Source: Candidatus Methanoperedens sp. (GTDB taxonomy: Archaea; Halobacteriota; Methanosarcinia; Methanosarcinales; Methanoperedenaceae). From it: a stretch of 32,000 nucleotides of DNA. Shown here one piece after another: positions 23,271 to 31,772 of the stretch (its first letter is position 1; every line of letters starts with the position of its first letter). The notes beneath the pieces were generated by a model. It was not told the DNA's origin and did no database searches. It worked only from the letters and a program-made list of their open reading frames with translations. Made by a program: the position numbers and the translations under genes. The stretch is from assembly GCA_027460535.1 (NCBI GenBank), contig JAPZAR010000011.1, positions 210,001-242,000 on the forward strand. The letters run 5' to 3'.

Positions 23271-23786
23271 CTATTTTTCTTCCTCTGCCCGGATAATACA
23301 GAGGTTATTTTCCGCTTTTGCATGAGGGTCTACCAGACCAAGCAGCCTTTCGTCTTCAAGGTTGATCCTTTCATCTGTCTTGCTTTTGAACCCGTATTTG
23401 CCGAAATCTGTCAGTGTGGGTCTTCTTTTAATATAATGCCCTCTCTTGAACTCAAAGGAGAATGGAAGCGACCGTTCGCATGCTGCCCTCACATCTTCCA
23501 CAACGCTTTCCTTCTCGACCTCCACAAGGATCTCTCCAACTATGATATGCAATTCCAAAGCGCAATCTCCGACATGGATGACCTTCCTGTCAGGATGGTT
23601 CACGTCTGCACCAGTACCGGGTCCGCATGTGACTTTTCTGGGCAGATTTTTCCCATTGATGAGCATCCTGATTACACCTTTTGTCTTATCGATCTCGTTC
23701 AAAACTTTTTCCGCAGTCTCTGGTTGTAACAGTCTTTGCGGAAATACCCTTACCTGGATGGGTTTGTCTGGAGTAGTTTTTTCCAT
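23271..23786 (-). CDS. mcrD: methyl-coenzyme M reductase operon protein D (McrD), stand-alone
   Basis: IQVRVFPQRLLQPETAEKVLNEI, NLPRKVTCGPGTGADVNHPDRKVI, LPFSFEFKRGHYIKRRPTLTDFGKYG. Collinear with the McrD family along its full length (171 aa). Confidence 0.85.
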   Translation of the reverse strand: MEKTTPDKPIQVRVFPQRLLQPETAEKVLNEIDKTKGVIRMLINGKNLPRKVTCGPGTGADVNHPDRKVIHVGDCALELHIIVGEILVEVEKESVVEDVRAACERSLPFSFEFKRGHYIKRRPTLTDFGKYGFKSKTDERINLEDERLLGLVDPHAKAENNLCIIRAEEEK

Positions 23787-24010
23787 CTAATTCCTTCTTG
23801 TCCAAATAAACGATGTCATGAATATTAAGTGTTTTGGTTCGTACTTATACGAATAAAATATATAATCGTGATAGTTATCACCTTGGAGACGTGATTTTGA
23901 GCCGGGAATCTTTATATCTATCTACCTTGTAATAAACAGGTTAATCGGAGGATGGTACTATTCGTGGATACGATGACGACCGAAAAACAAGAAGTTTTAT
24001 TTTAATCGCG

Positions 24011-25378
24011 TTGATCGGAGGAATAATAGCGGGATTTGCCTTTGACGGCATTGTAAGAGACGTGGTATGGCCGGAATCCCAGCAGTTGTATGTGGTGAGC
24101 ATACCCACTAACATAAGTGTTGGAAAGATTACCAGTGTTACCTTCTTCACATTCGGCAATGATGCAACAGCGAGTAACGCTAACATAACGCTGGATGATT
24201 CTGGAAATGCGCGCGGTATTACGGATTCTGAAGGAATGCTCTCACTTTTGGTCAATGCCTCTACGCGCGGCGTCATCAATGTTACAGCTGAAAAGAAAGG
24301 ATTTAGAAATGCTACTTCGTATATCACGGCAACGCCGGGACTGGTAATCAGCGCTTCACCCGCCTCAATTACCTCCGGAACAGCCACGTATGTGACATTT
24401 TCCATCACAAGCATTGGCAGACCCGTTGATGAAGCCGAAGTGAACATTTCAGGCGCAGGGGTATCTCTGGATGGGTTAACCAACTCAAATGGTCAGATAA
24501 TCCATCAAATAAATGCCCCGAACACAGGCCAGATCGTTGCAGCCGCCAGAAAGGCTGGATATGCAGAGGGTTCAACGACCTTAAGCTCAACGAGTCAGCA
24601 GACATTGAGCGTATCGGCGAGCCAGGGTTCTGTTACTATCGGTGTCCCTGCATTTGTCATGTTCACGATAACGGCTGGGGGCTCGCCTGTGGTTGATGCC
24701 AGGGTATCACTTGGCGGTCCAGCATCTGGAAGTGGGATCACAAACCAGGATGGGAAAGTCATCATCCAGTTCACCCCGCAGTCATCAGGAACAATAACCG
24801 TCTCAGCAACTGCGACAGGATATGCCAGCGGTTCGACCACGATAACCTCGGCAGGCACACAGTCATTATCAATATCCCCGAGTCCGGCATCTATAACGGC
24901 GGGATTTCAAACCTACGTGCAGTTCACGGTCACGAGCGGCAGCAATTTAATAAGCGAAGCCAATGTCACGCTCAGCGGCGCAGCGAGCGGTAACGGTGTC
25001 ACAAATCAGAATGGGCAGGTCATATTGATGGTCAATTCCACATCTTCGGGAACAATAACTGCGTCCGTAAGCAAGACAGGATACTCTGGTGCAAGTACAC
25101 AGATAAGCGCGACCGGGCAGCAGACGTTGAGTGTTAGCGCGGCACCATCAAATATCACAAACGGTGTGCCAACGTACGTAACATTCACGGTTATGAGCGG
25201 AAGTTCGGCTATCAGCGGAGCAAGTGTTAGCGTATCAGGCGGCGGGATCGGGATGGACGGCATGACGAATTCAGCAGGACAGGTAACACTGCTGCTTAAT
25301 GCCGCAAGCACGGGAACTATTAATGTGGCTGCGCGGAAAGCCGGATATGTTGATGGGCTGACGACGTTGGCCCATTGA
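24011..25378 (+). CDS. surface protein with N-terminal membrane anchor and five tandem Ig-like/carboxypeptidase-regulatory-like repeats of about 87 aa
   Basis: Five collinear repeats. Many N-x-S/T sequons. The TTG start at 24011 falls in the middle of a hydrophobic helix whose beginning is encoded upstream in the same frame without a start codon (see findings). Confidence 0.75.
   Translation: MIGGIIAGFAFDGIVRDVVWPESQQLYVVSIPTNISVGKITSVTFFTFGNDATASNANITLDDSGNARGITDSEGMLSLLVNASTRGVINVTAEKKGFRNATSYITATPGLVISASPASITSGTATYVTFSITSIGRPVDEAEVNISGAGVSLDGLTNSNGQIIHQINAPNTGQIVAAARKAGYAEGSTTLSSTSQQTLSVSASQGSVTIGVPAFVMFTITAGGSPVVDARVSLGGPASGSGITNQDGKVIIQFTPQSSGTITVSATATGYASGSTTITSAGTQSLSISPSPASITAGFQTYVQFTVTSGSNLISEANVTLSGAASGNGVTNQNGQVILMVNSTSSGTITASVSKTGYSGASTQISATGQQTLSVSAAPSNITNGVPTYVTFTVMSGSSAISGASVSVSGGGIGMDGMTNSAGQVTLLLNAASTGTINVAARKAGYVDGLTTLAH
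24080..25375 (+). repeat. five tandem coding repeats of about 260 nt (about 87 aa)
   Basis: Repeat units of 85, 87, 87, 87 and 86 aa. Each follows the pattern (Q)QTLSVSA-x-ITxGxxTYVTFTVTSGS-x-ISxAxVxxSG-x-GxTNxxGQVxLxxNxxSxGTITVxAxKxGYxxGxTT. Confidence 0.85.
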
Positions 25379-25488
25379 ACCTTTATCAAAAACCGGATTT
25401 TAAACCCAAGCACATTTTTGATTTTATATATTAATTTTTATTAATCTTACAGCGAAAACTATTAATCTACATGATACTCATATAGATA

Positions 25489-25716
25489 ATGATGGATTCT
25501 AATAAACGACCTTGTCAAGTAGATTTAATATTGGGAACTCGAGAAGAAAGGATAAAATTGTTGAAGGCTGGTTTCGCTGGAAAGGAAATCGAGATGCTCT
25601 ATATCAAAAATAACGGTTTCAAAATAGTACTTTTTTCTATCCCTATTGAACAGGTTGATTTTGAAATCCCGGAAAAAAAGTGCATGGCGCGAGAAATGGT
25701 TTCCGTAATCGCATGA
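25489..25716 (+). CDS. hypothetical protein (75 aa)
   Basis: ORF only. It lies in an intergenic-sized gap after an AT-rich promoter-like region. No motif recognised. Confidence 0.3.
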   Translation: MMDSNKRPCQVDLILGTREERIKLLKAGFAGKEIEMLYIKNNGFKIVLFSIPIEQVDFEIPEKKCMAREMVSVIA

Positions 25717-25779
25717 TATGGGAAGGTTGCGGGTACTTTTCCTGCAAAACCCTTTTAATCACTGATACAATTAACACAT

Positions 25780-26388
25780 ATGTTACATCGCATCCCGGCA
25801 TTAATGGGCTCAGGCAAACCAGTCGCGGTTCTTTTTACCGAAGAAGAGGGAATTGAATCCGCTTTATTGTATTGCGAATTGATACAGAAAGCCAGGTCCG
25901 GAGAGTCGTTTTTTATAAAAAACCAGGGATGCAGTGTAGGGGCGTATGTGCTGGGAGAAACAGAAAAAAGCCCGGGGGATTATTATTATAGCTCAGGGAG
26001 ATACAGGGACGAGGAGGCAATAAAAAGGGCGGTTTCTAATCTTAATAGACTTTCAAGAAAAGGAACCTCAATAAAAATAACCCCTTACTCAGGAGAAGAT
26101 TTCGATATTCTTATACTTTTCCTGAAACCTGAGAGGGCGATGAGGCTCATCCAGGCTTACACGTACAGCAGCGGTATACCTGTTGAAATTAAAACCGGAG
26201 GTATAGCCTCGATTTGCAGTGACTGCACATCAAGTCCGACACAGGGGAGGTTAGGGATATCTCTTGGCTGCAAAGGCTCGCGAAAACACAGCAAGTACCC
26301 GGATGATGAAGTTGTAGTGGGAGTACCCTTTCAGATTGCCTGCGAAATCGATGAGGCCCTTGGAAGGATCCCGGAGACACACTCATAA
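25780..26388 (+). CDS. DUF169-family protein (COG2043-like)
   Basis: Pattern KPVAVLFTEEE, then CELIQKARSGESFFI, then GCSVGAYVLG, plus late conserved Cys residues, resembles DUF169. Assignment is from memory of the family profile only. Confidence 0.5.
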   Translation: MLHRIPALMGSGKPVAVLFTEEEGIESALLYCELIQKARSGESFFIKNQGCSVGAYVLGETEKSPGDYYYSSGRYRDEEAIKRAVSNLNRLSRKGTSIKITPYSGEDFDILILFLKPERAMRLIQAYTYSSGIPVEIKTGGIASICSDCTSSPTQGRLGISLGCKGSRKHSKYPDDEVVVGVPFQIACEIDEALGRIPETHS

Positions 26389-26436
26389 CTGTCGTAGTTG
26401 TCTAGGTCTTTTGAATAAGGATGAAACTTTTAGAAA

Positions 26437-27186
26437 TTAAACGGCCAAAAAACTTTGCAGCATTCTGGCATCTTCAGGTGGAAAGCCTGAATAATATTTA
26501 CTGAAATATCCAAAAACTTCAATAGACTCTCCCGTCAATCTTCTGATCCGCTCTGCCCAAAGGCTTATATCACTTTTCCTATCTTTTTCCACCTCTCCGA
26601 GCATCCCGTTTATTGTTTTCCTATCCCCCTCCCATCTTATGTAAGTGAAATCAGCAGTCAAAGTATCTATCCTGGGCATCGATGAGGCGTCTATCCAGAC
26701 CAATGCCACTCCATGATCCCTGAGCAAATCATAAAATTTTTCTTCAAGCCATTTTTTATTTCTCACCTCCAAAGCATAGCGGTATCCTGCAGGCAGAATG
26801 GACAGGAACTCCTTCAGGATATCGAATTGATCGGGTTTGAATCCCGCCGGGAACTGCATAAGCATCGGCCCGAGTTTATCTTCCAGCAAAGACATGTGTT
26901 CGATGAAGACCTCCATTTCTCTTTCGCAATCCTTCAGCATTTTATCATGTGTTATTACCCTGGGGAATTTTGCCGAGAACGTAAAATCCTTTGGTGTCTG
27001 CATATTCCATTTCTTGACCGTTTCCGCGTAGGGTATTCGATAAAACGTGCTGTCTATCTCGACTGTATTAAAAACCTTCGCATATTCATGAAGGAGGTCT
27101 CCAGCACTGGTATTCTCAGGATAGAAACTGCCAGTCCAGAAATCGTAGCTCCAGCCCATGGTACCTATATGCAACTTTTCTTTCAT
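26437..27186 (-). CDS. DUF72 (YecE-like) family protein
   Basis: N-terminal IGTMGWSYDFWTGSFYP, FNTVEIDSTFYRIP, QFPAGF, ALEVRNKKW and YIRWEG are characteristic DUF72 blocks. Confidence 0.85.
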   Translation of the reverse strand: MKEKLHIGTMGWSYDFWTGSFYPENTSAGDLLHEYAKVFNTVEIDSTFYRIPYAETVKKWNMQTPKDFTFSAKFPRVITHDKMLKDCEREMEVFIEHMSLLEDKLGPMLMQFPAGFKPDQFDILKEFLSILPAGYRYALEVRNKKWLEEKFYDLLRDHGVALVWIDASSMPRIDTLTADFTYIRWEGDRKTINGMLGEVEKDRKSDISLWAERIRRLTGESIEVFGYFSKYYSGFPPEDARMLQSFLAV

Positions 27187-27594
27187 CTATTTCATTATAA
27201 GAGTTTGTTTTACCTCTTTAATCTTATCTCTCCCGCTTCTTTTCCTGCGGGCTTTTGATCTGCATCAAAGGAAAGCAATGAAAGTGTGATTTCTATTACT
27301 TATGTCACTGAAGTCAGGATCAGAAATAAGATTTTTGAATAATTCATAGAAAGATATAAATCTACGAATATACTATATTGTGATGGAGATCTTGAGGCTG
27401 GTACATGAAAAAGTTAAAGTATTATTTCCCACCACAAATACATATAGATCAAAGAACAGGATTGATACTTGGATTGTTGCTCATCCTTCTTGCTCTTTTG
27501 CTGGGTTCTGCGAACGCTTGAATAAATTTGAATTCTCACAGGGTGTATTATCTATACCAACATATTTATTTTAGAATAAGCGAATAAGTAACTA

Positions 27595-27948
27595 ATGTCT
27601 CTCATCAATAAGGTTTCAAAATTTTTTAAGAAAAAAGACCGGACGTATGCTCCGGGAAAAGAAGACAAAGTCAAAATCCATAATTATGTGGGAAAGTTCG
27701 TGGTCCAAAACGGGGCTGAAATAGGTGAAAGTGTTGCTGTTGAAAGGGGAAGGCTCATAATAAAGAAATCGGATAGTTATTCTTCCATCCCGCTTGAAAA
27801 AATCCAGACCAACGCAGAAAAAATTGTCGTGGGTGATTTTGACATGGAAGAATCCCGGAAGTTTGGAAAAGAGTGGTTTGAAAAAAAGGATACCCTGAAA
27901 TTTGATGATAAGGGAATGCTTATTTTAAACAAACCCGAGCCTCAATAA
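27595..27948 (+). CDS. hypothetical protein (117 aa)
   Basis: Clean ORF with ATG start and plausible composition, 12 nt upstream of pth2 on the same strand. No family recognised. Confidence 0.5.
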   Translation: MSLINKVSKFFKKKDRTYAPGKEDKVKIHNYVGKFVVQNGAEIGESVAVERGRLIIKKSDSYSSIPLEKIQTNAEKIVVGDFDMEESRKFGKEWFEKKDTLKFDDKGMLILNKPEPQ

Positions 27949-27960
27949 TTCTTACTGGAC

Positions 27961-28308
27961 ATGCCAGAATACAAACAGTGCATCGTTGTGCGGGATGATC
28001 TCAAGCTCTCAAAAGGCAAACTTGCTGTCCAGGTAGCACATGCCGCTGTCTCAGCTTCTGATTTTGCAGGAAGGGATGTCCGAGAGGCATGGAAGGAAGG
28101 GGGACAAAAAAAAGTCGTATTGAGAGTAAACACGCTGCGGGAACTTTTTGAATTAAAGGAGATAGCTAGAAAGCATGGTCTGTCTACGGCTTTGATCGAG
28201 GATGCGGGACTTACAGAAGTGCCCCCTGGAACGGTCACGGTATTGGGCATCGGTCCTGCGGAAGCCGGCGAACTTGATAAGATAACAGGGCATTTGAAGC
28301 TTCTCTGA
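27961..28308 (+). CDS. pth2: archaeal/eukaryotic-type peptidyl-tRNA hydrolase Pth2
   Basis: [56 protein letters not shown]. Full-length match to the Pth2 pattern (115 aa). Confidence 0.9.
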   Translation: MPEYKQCIVVRDDLKLSKGKLAVQVAHAAVSASDFAGRDVREAWKEGGQKKVVLRVNTLRELFELKEIARKHGLSTALIEDAGLTEVPPGTVTVLGIGPAEAGELDKITGHLKLL

Positions 28309-28312
28309 ACGC

Positions 28313-30295
28313 TCATGTTCCCGAACTTTTCACGGCACGCCTCCTCTCGCTCCTGTACTCATCCACAAGCGATGCGAGCCACTCCTCTTTATCAGCCTTT
28401 CGCTTCTCCTCTGCCTTCTTATTCCATCCTTCGATCGCATTCTTTATCTCCTCAGGATCTATCACGGCCATCTCCTCCGCCGAATCAAAACTGATCTTTA
28501 CATCCTTTGATGACAGCACCGGAATTTTCAGCTTAAACAGCTCTTCTTCCGCTGCATGCGACATCTCATTGCAGATTATCACAGCACGCACCGCGAGGTC
28601 GGCAAGAATCCTGGCGGTCATCGAACCTCCTCCGCTTGCGTCTTTAAGGAGAATGAGGTCGTCTTTATTGATCCCGAACTGTTCACGCGTCCTGAGGATG
28701 CTATCTTTTGTAAAAGCCTGGATGATTTTCACGGGGAGAACTCGTCCGCTGATCTCAAGCCGTCTTACATGTTTCAACTTATTTATTCTTTCGTTCAAGA
28801 ATGAGATCCGTTTATTGTTCTCAGAAACTTTCCCGCGCAGGCTTGCGATTTCCTTATCGCGGATCCTGATCGCCTTTTCCTTTTTAAGCTCTTTATATAC
28901 CTGATTTCGCTGCCGTCCGATCAATTCTTCCAATCCCTGGATCTCGTTTTTCCTTGACCCAAGTTCGTTTTTCAGCTCATCCTGGTACCTTTTCATTTCC
29001 TCGATATTTTCTTCATATCTTCGGAGCAATTCCCTTAAATGGAGTTCTCCCTCCCCGGGTTTTTCTTTGACCACCCCGGCTTGCGCAACTTTTGTCTCTT
29101 TTCTTGTAAGTTCTGAGATCACAGCATCAACGGACTTGCCCCTGACCACGAGGGCGATCGCTTCATCTGCATCAATTCCCGGTGGGAGCTTTTTCTTGAT
29201 CTGTTCAAACTTGTTCTTATTCTTGCGATACACGGATACTGCAGCAGCTATGGCGTCACGTTCATGGGGATTTGAATATTCATACTGTCTGGCAAATTCT
29301 ATCTTATCCTCTGTCGTGATAATATCATCAGGCGAACCCGGTACCGCATTAAATGCGCGGCGGATTTTTTCCACAGCGTTCGGAGTGGGAAACACGTCGC
29401 TTGCAATAATGAGCGGTCTCCCCTCCTCAGCGATCATCTCTATAACCTCAGGTATCGAGATGGTCCTTGAACTGTGTCGCCTTCTCAACTCCCCCTCAAG
29501 TGTGAGCACAGCAATTGCGGTTGTGGTGCCTGGATCTATTCCTACAATAATATAATCCCTTTTCCTTGTGGTTAGAGGTTTAAACGCCAGAGTATCACGT
29601 TCAATACTCTTTGCGCTCACCTGCACATCCCCGTACTTGCCCGAACTGATATGAAGGGAGCGCCGCGGCGCATCCACAAAAAATTCGGCTTTTGAATATC
29701 CCCCGAAACGTTCGACCACATCTTGCGAGTACGTGAATCCCCGAAGCTTTGATTGTTCATTCAGATAATCCTCAATTTCCCTGGCTTTCTGCCTCACATA
29801 TCCGTGCACCTTTCGCCTGTATCTATTCTGGCTCCACCCCCCCTTTCCAAGCGATCTTCCCCTGCTCACTTTGATCGTTGTCTTATCCTCAAATGCGGAA
29901 ACTTCATGCCCGATTCCCAGTTCTGCAAGCCGGGCGCAGGCAAGAGCTTCAGCATTCGGGTCAAACCTGTCAAATGAGAATCCCTGCTGCTTTGCAAGCT
30001 TTGTCAGCGGTTCGAGATGCTCACCTCCGGTCACCTGTACGAGTCTGGTACTTGCCGGTAATTTCCGCAGAAGTGAAACGAGCTCATTCCTGTCCGAAGC
30101 AAGTTCATGAACATTGTCGACCGCGATCAAATCAGGTTTTTCTTTCCAGGCCATTCTCAGGAATTTATGCAGGCTTACCATGCGGTGGTGTTCGACCTCA
30201 CCATCCTTCAGGACCACGAGCGCATATCCGGGCTTTTCTTTCGACCTGAGAGAACCTTTTGCTATGTCTATCCCGAAGATTATTTTTTCGGCCAT
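28313..30295 (-). CDS. DUF460 (COG2433) conserved archaeal protein, RNase H/RuvC-fold N-terminal modules plus coiled coil
   Basis: N-terminal IFGIDIAKGS and a second IIVGIDPGTTTAIAVL motif (RuvC/YqgF-like Asp sites). Long heptad-rich K/E segment (aa about 400-510). 660 aa, typical for DUF460. Confidence 0.7.
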   Translation of the reverse strand: MAEKIIFGIDIAKGSLRSKEKPGYALVVLKDGEVEHHRMVSLHKFLRMAWKEKPDLIAVDNVHELASDRNELVSLLRKLPASTRLVQVTGGEHLEPLTKLAKQQGFSFDRFDPNAEALACARLAELGIGHEVSAFEDKTTIKVSRGRSLGKGGWSQNRYRRKVHGYVRQKAREIEDYLNEQSKLRGFTYSQDVVERFGGYSKAEFFVDAPRRSLHISSGKYGDVQVSAKSIERDTLAFKPLTTRKRDYIIVGIDPGTTTAIAVLTLEGELRRRHSSRTISIPEVIEMIAEEGRPLIIASDVFPTPNAVEKIRRAFNAVPGSPDDIITTEDKIEFARQYEYSNPHERDAIAAAVSVYRKNKNKFEQIKKKLPPGIDADEAIALVVRGKSVDAVISELTRKETKVAQAGVVKEKPGEGELHLRELLRRYEENIEEMKRYQDELKNELGSRKNEIQGLEELIGRQRNQVYKELKKEKAIRIRDKEIASLRGKVSENNKRISFLNERINKLKHVRRLEISGRVLPVKIIQAFTKDSILRTREQFGINKDDLILLKDASGGGSMTARILADLAVRAVIICNEMSHAAEEELFKLKIPVLSSKDVKISFDSAEEMAVIDPEEIKNAIEGWNKKAEEKRKADKEEWLASLVDEYRSERRRAVKSSGT

Positions 30296-31164
30296 ATCTC
30301 TATTATACTGTTTATCACTCCCTGAATATCTCTTTTTACCCTGTATTTCTTCGCAAAAAAGGTCAGGACATTGTCGATATCCCGGTAAAGCATCTCCTTT
30401 GCATTCGGATGCGAAAGGGTAATGTATTGCGGCCAGTCGATAATCTCACATCCGTATGGGTTAACGAAAACATTAAACTCGCTCAGGTCCCCGTGGACGA
30501 TCCCCAGCCGGGCGGTTTTTTTTACTGCGGTCAATATCTCATCCAGATACCACTCAGGTTCATCCACTTTTGTGTGCGCAAGTATCCGCCCTTCTGCAAT
30601 GGACATTACTATAGCGTGCCTGTTATTATCTATCGGTTCGGGAACACTCACTTCGGGATAGAGGATCTTCAGTGCATCGTATTCTCTTTTTGCAGCAAGG
30701 CGTGAGGCATACAGCCATGAAAGATGTTTTTTTCCGGATAAATGCCCCCTTTTTACTTTGACCTGTTTAAAACTCATCATGCCTTCCCTGTGGAACTTGA
30801 TGACGACCTCCCTGTTGGTAATACCGCTTGTAGCGCTATAAACGCGCGATTCCTTCCCTACTCCCGCCACATCTCCAATCGCATTGACAGACCCCCGGCT
30901 TACCAGGGCTTTCAGGGCCAGCAGATCATAAGCTTCAAAGTATATCCTGTATCCTTCATAGCCAGGTATGTTCTTATGGACAAGCTTTTTTTCTGCAAGA
31001 TTGGATAGGATGAACCCGACTTCTTTTACATCGAATGTTGTAAACTTGACTATCTCATCCAGCGGAACCCACTCATAGAATTTCATTTTGTTCTCTATGG
31101 CAATGAGAACCCGAAATTCTTTGTTCGAAGTGCTGAGAAATGTCTCAGGAATATTTTCCAGCAT
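30280..31164 (-). CDS. rio2: RIO-type serine kinase Rio2 (N-terminal winged helix plus RIO domain)
   Basis: wHTH region (FRVLIAIENKM..WVPLDEI), GVGKESRVYSA (P-loop-like), VIKFHREG, IVHGDLSEFNVFV catalytic loop, IIDWPQ metal-binding loop. Confidence 0.85.
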   Translation of the reverse strand: MLENIPETFLSTSNKEFRVLIAIENKMKFYEWVPLDEIVKFTTFDVKEVGFILSNLAEKKLVHKNIPGYEGYRIYFEAYDLLALKALVSRGSVNAIGDVAGVGKESRVYSATSGITNREVVIKFHREGMMSFKQVKVKRGHLSGKKHLSWLYASRLAAKREYDALKILYPEVSVPEPIDNNRHAIVMSIAEGRILAHTKVDEPEWYLDEILTAVKKTARLGIVHGDLSEFNVFVNPYGCEIIDWPQYITLSHPNAKEMLYRDIDNVLTFFAKKYRVKRDIQGVINSIIEIWPKK

Positions 31165-31223
31165 TAATTACTAGAAGCGATTCTGACTATAAAAAGTAAT
31201 TATAAAAAAGAAAAGGAAGGCAT

Positions 31224-31772
31224 TCACCTTCTTCCGCGCCCGCCTTTTTTATCCCCTCCGCGGGAATCTCTGCGGCCGCCTCCTCCTCCGCCATATCCGC
31301 TGCGCCTGAACCCGCCAAAGTCACTTCCGCCACTGCCGTACATGCTTCCGTAACCGCCGCCGCCTCCACCCCCGAAGCTGCTGCGTTTTCGCTCGGGCTG
31401 TTCAACATGCCTGTCCGAAACATTATTCTCAGTGTTGACTTCGGTAAGCGCTTCTTCAGATAACAGCATCTTTCCATATTTTCCGATATTCAATCGCATC
31501 GAGTTCCTGACGACAGAAATATAACCATTTTGAATCGATATAGTATCCCCGACCGCTATTTTTCCGATCTGGTCATCCCATAAGGAGAGGATTATACTTC
31601 CTGTTGCGTCGGCGACTTTAACTTCGCATACGCGTTTATCTCCAAACTTTGATTGGATGTCCTTAGTCTCTCCGATTTCGATTACTTTAAGGGTAGCATT
31701 AACATTTTTTGAATTTTCTGTCAGGTCTTTTACATTAAAATTTGTTGCCGTGTTGGTAGCAGTCGTTTCCAT
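31224..31772 (-). CDS. ssb: single-OB-fold ssDNA-binding protein (Sulfolobus SSB-like) with G/R-rich C-terminal tail
   Basis: OB-fold pattern VNATLKVIEIGETKDIQSKFGDKRVCEVKVADATGSIILSLWDDQ..GDTISIQNGY..MRLNIGKYGKM parallels crenarchaeal SSB. The tail FGGGGGGGYGSMYGSGGSDFGGFRRSGYGGGGGGRRDSRGGDKKGGRGRR is RGG-like. Confidence 0.7.
   Translation of the reverse strand: METTATNTATNFNVKDLTENSKNVNATLKVIEIGETKDIQSKFGDKRVCEVKVADATGSIILSLWDDQIGKIAVGDTISIQNGYISVVRNSMRLNIGKYGKMLLSEEALTEVNTENNVSDRHVEQPERKRSSFGGGGGGGYGSMYGSGGSDFGGFRRSGYGGGGGGRRDSRGGDKKGGRGRR

Noticed and set aside
23941-25413. Minus-strand ORFs (180, 66, 87 and 135 aa) across the surface-protein gene
   Set aside because: They are antisense to the five-repeat gene. 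Their translations are repeat-shadow sequences (V/T/P/A-rich) without starts supported by promoters.
26713-27258. 181-aa plus-strand ORF opposite the DUF72 gene
   Set aside because: The DUF72 motifs on the minus strand are unambiguous, and the plus-strand translation has no recognisable features.
27380-27574. 64-aa ORF in the DUF72 / 27595 intergenic region
   Set aside because: GTG start, no motif, and an implausible composition. A 38-codon TM-peptide ORF in another frame is a marginally better candidate and is reported as a low-interest finding.
28556-30422. Multiple plus-strand ORFs (72-162 aa) opposite the DUF460 and rio2 genes
   Set aside because: Shadow ORFs with no motifs. The minus-strand genes are full-length and family-typical.
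31187-31477. 96-aa minus-strand ORF overlapping the 3' end of ssb in another frame
   Set aside because: The A/E-rich translation is produced by the same G/C-rich repeat DNA that encodes the G/R tail of SSB. The ssb frame is continuous with a clear OB domain.
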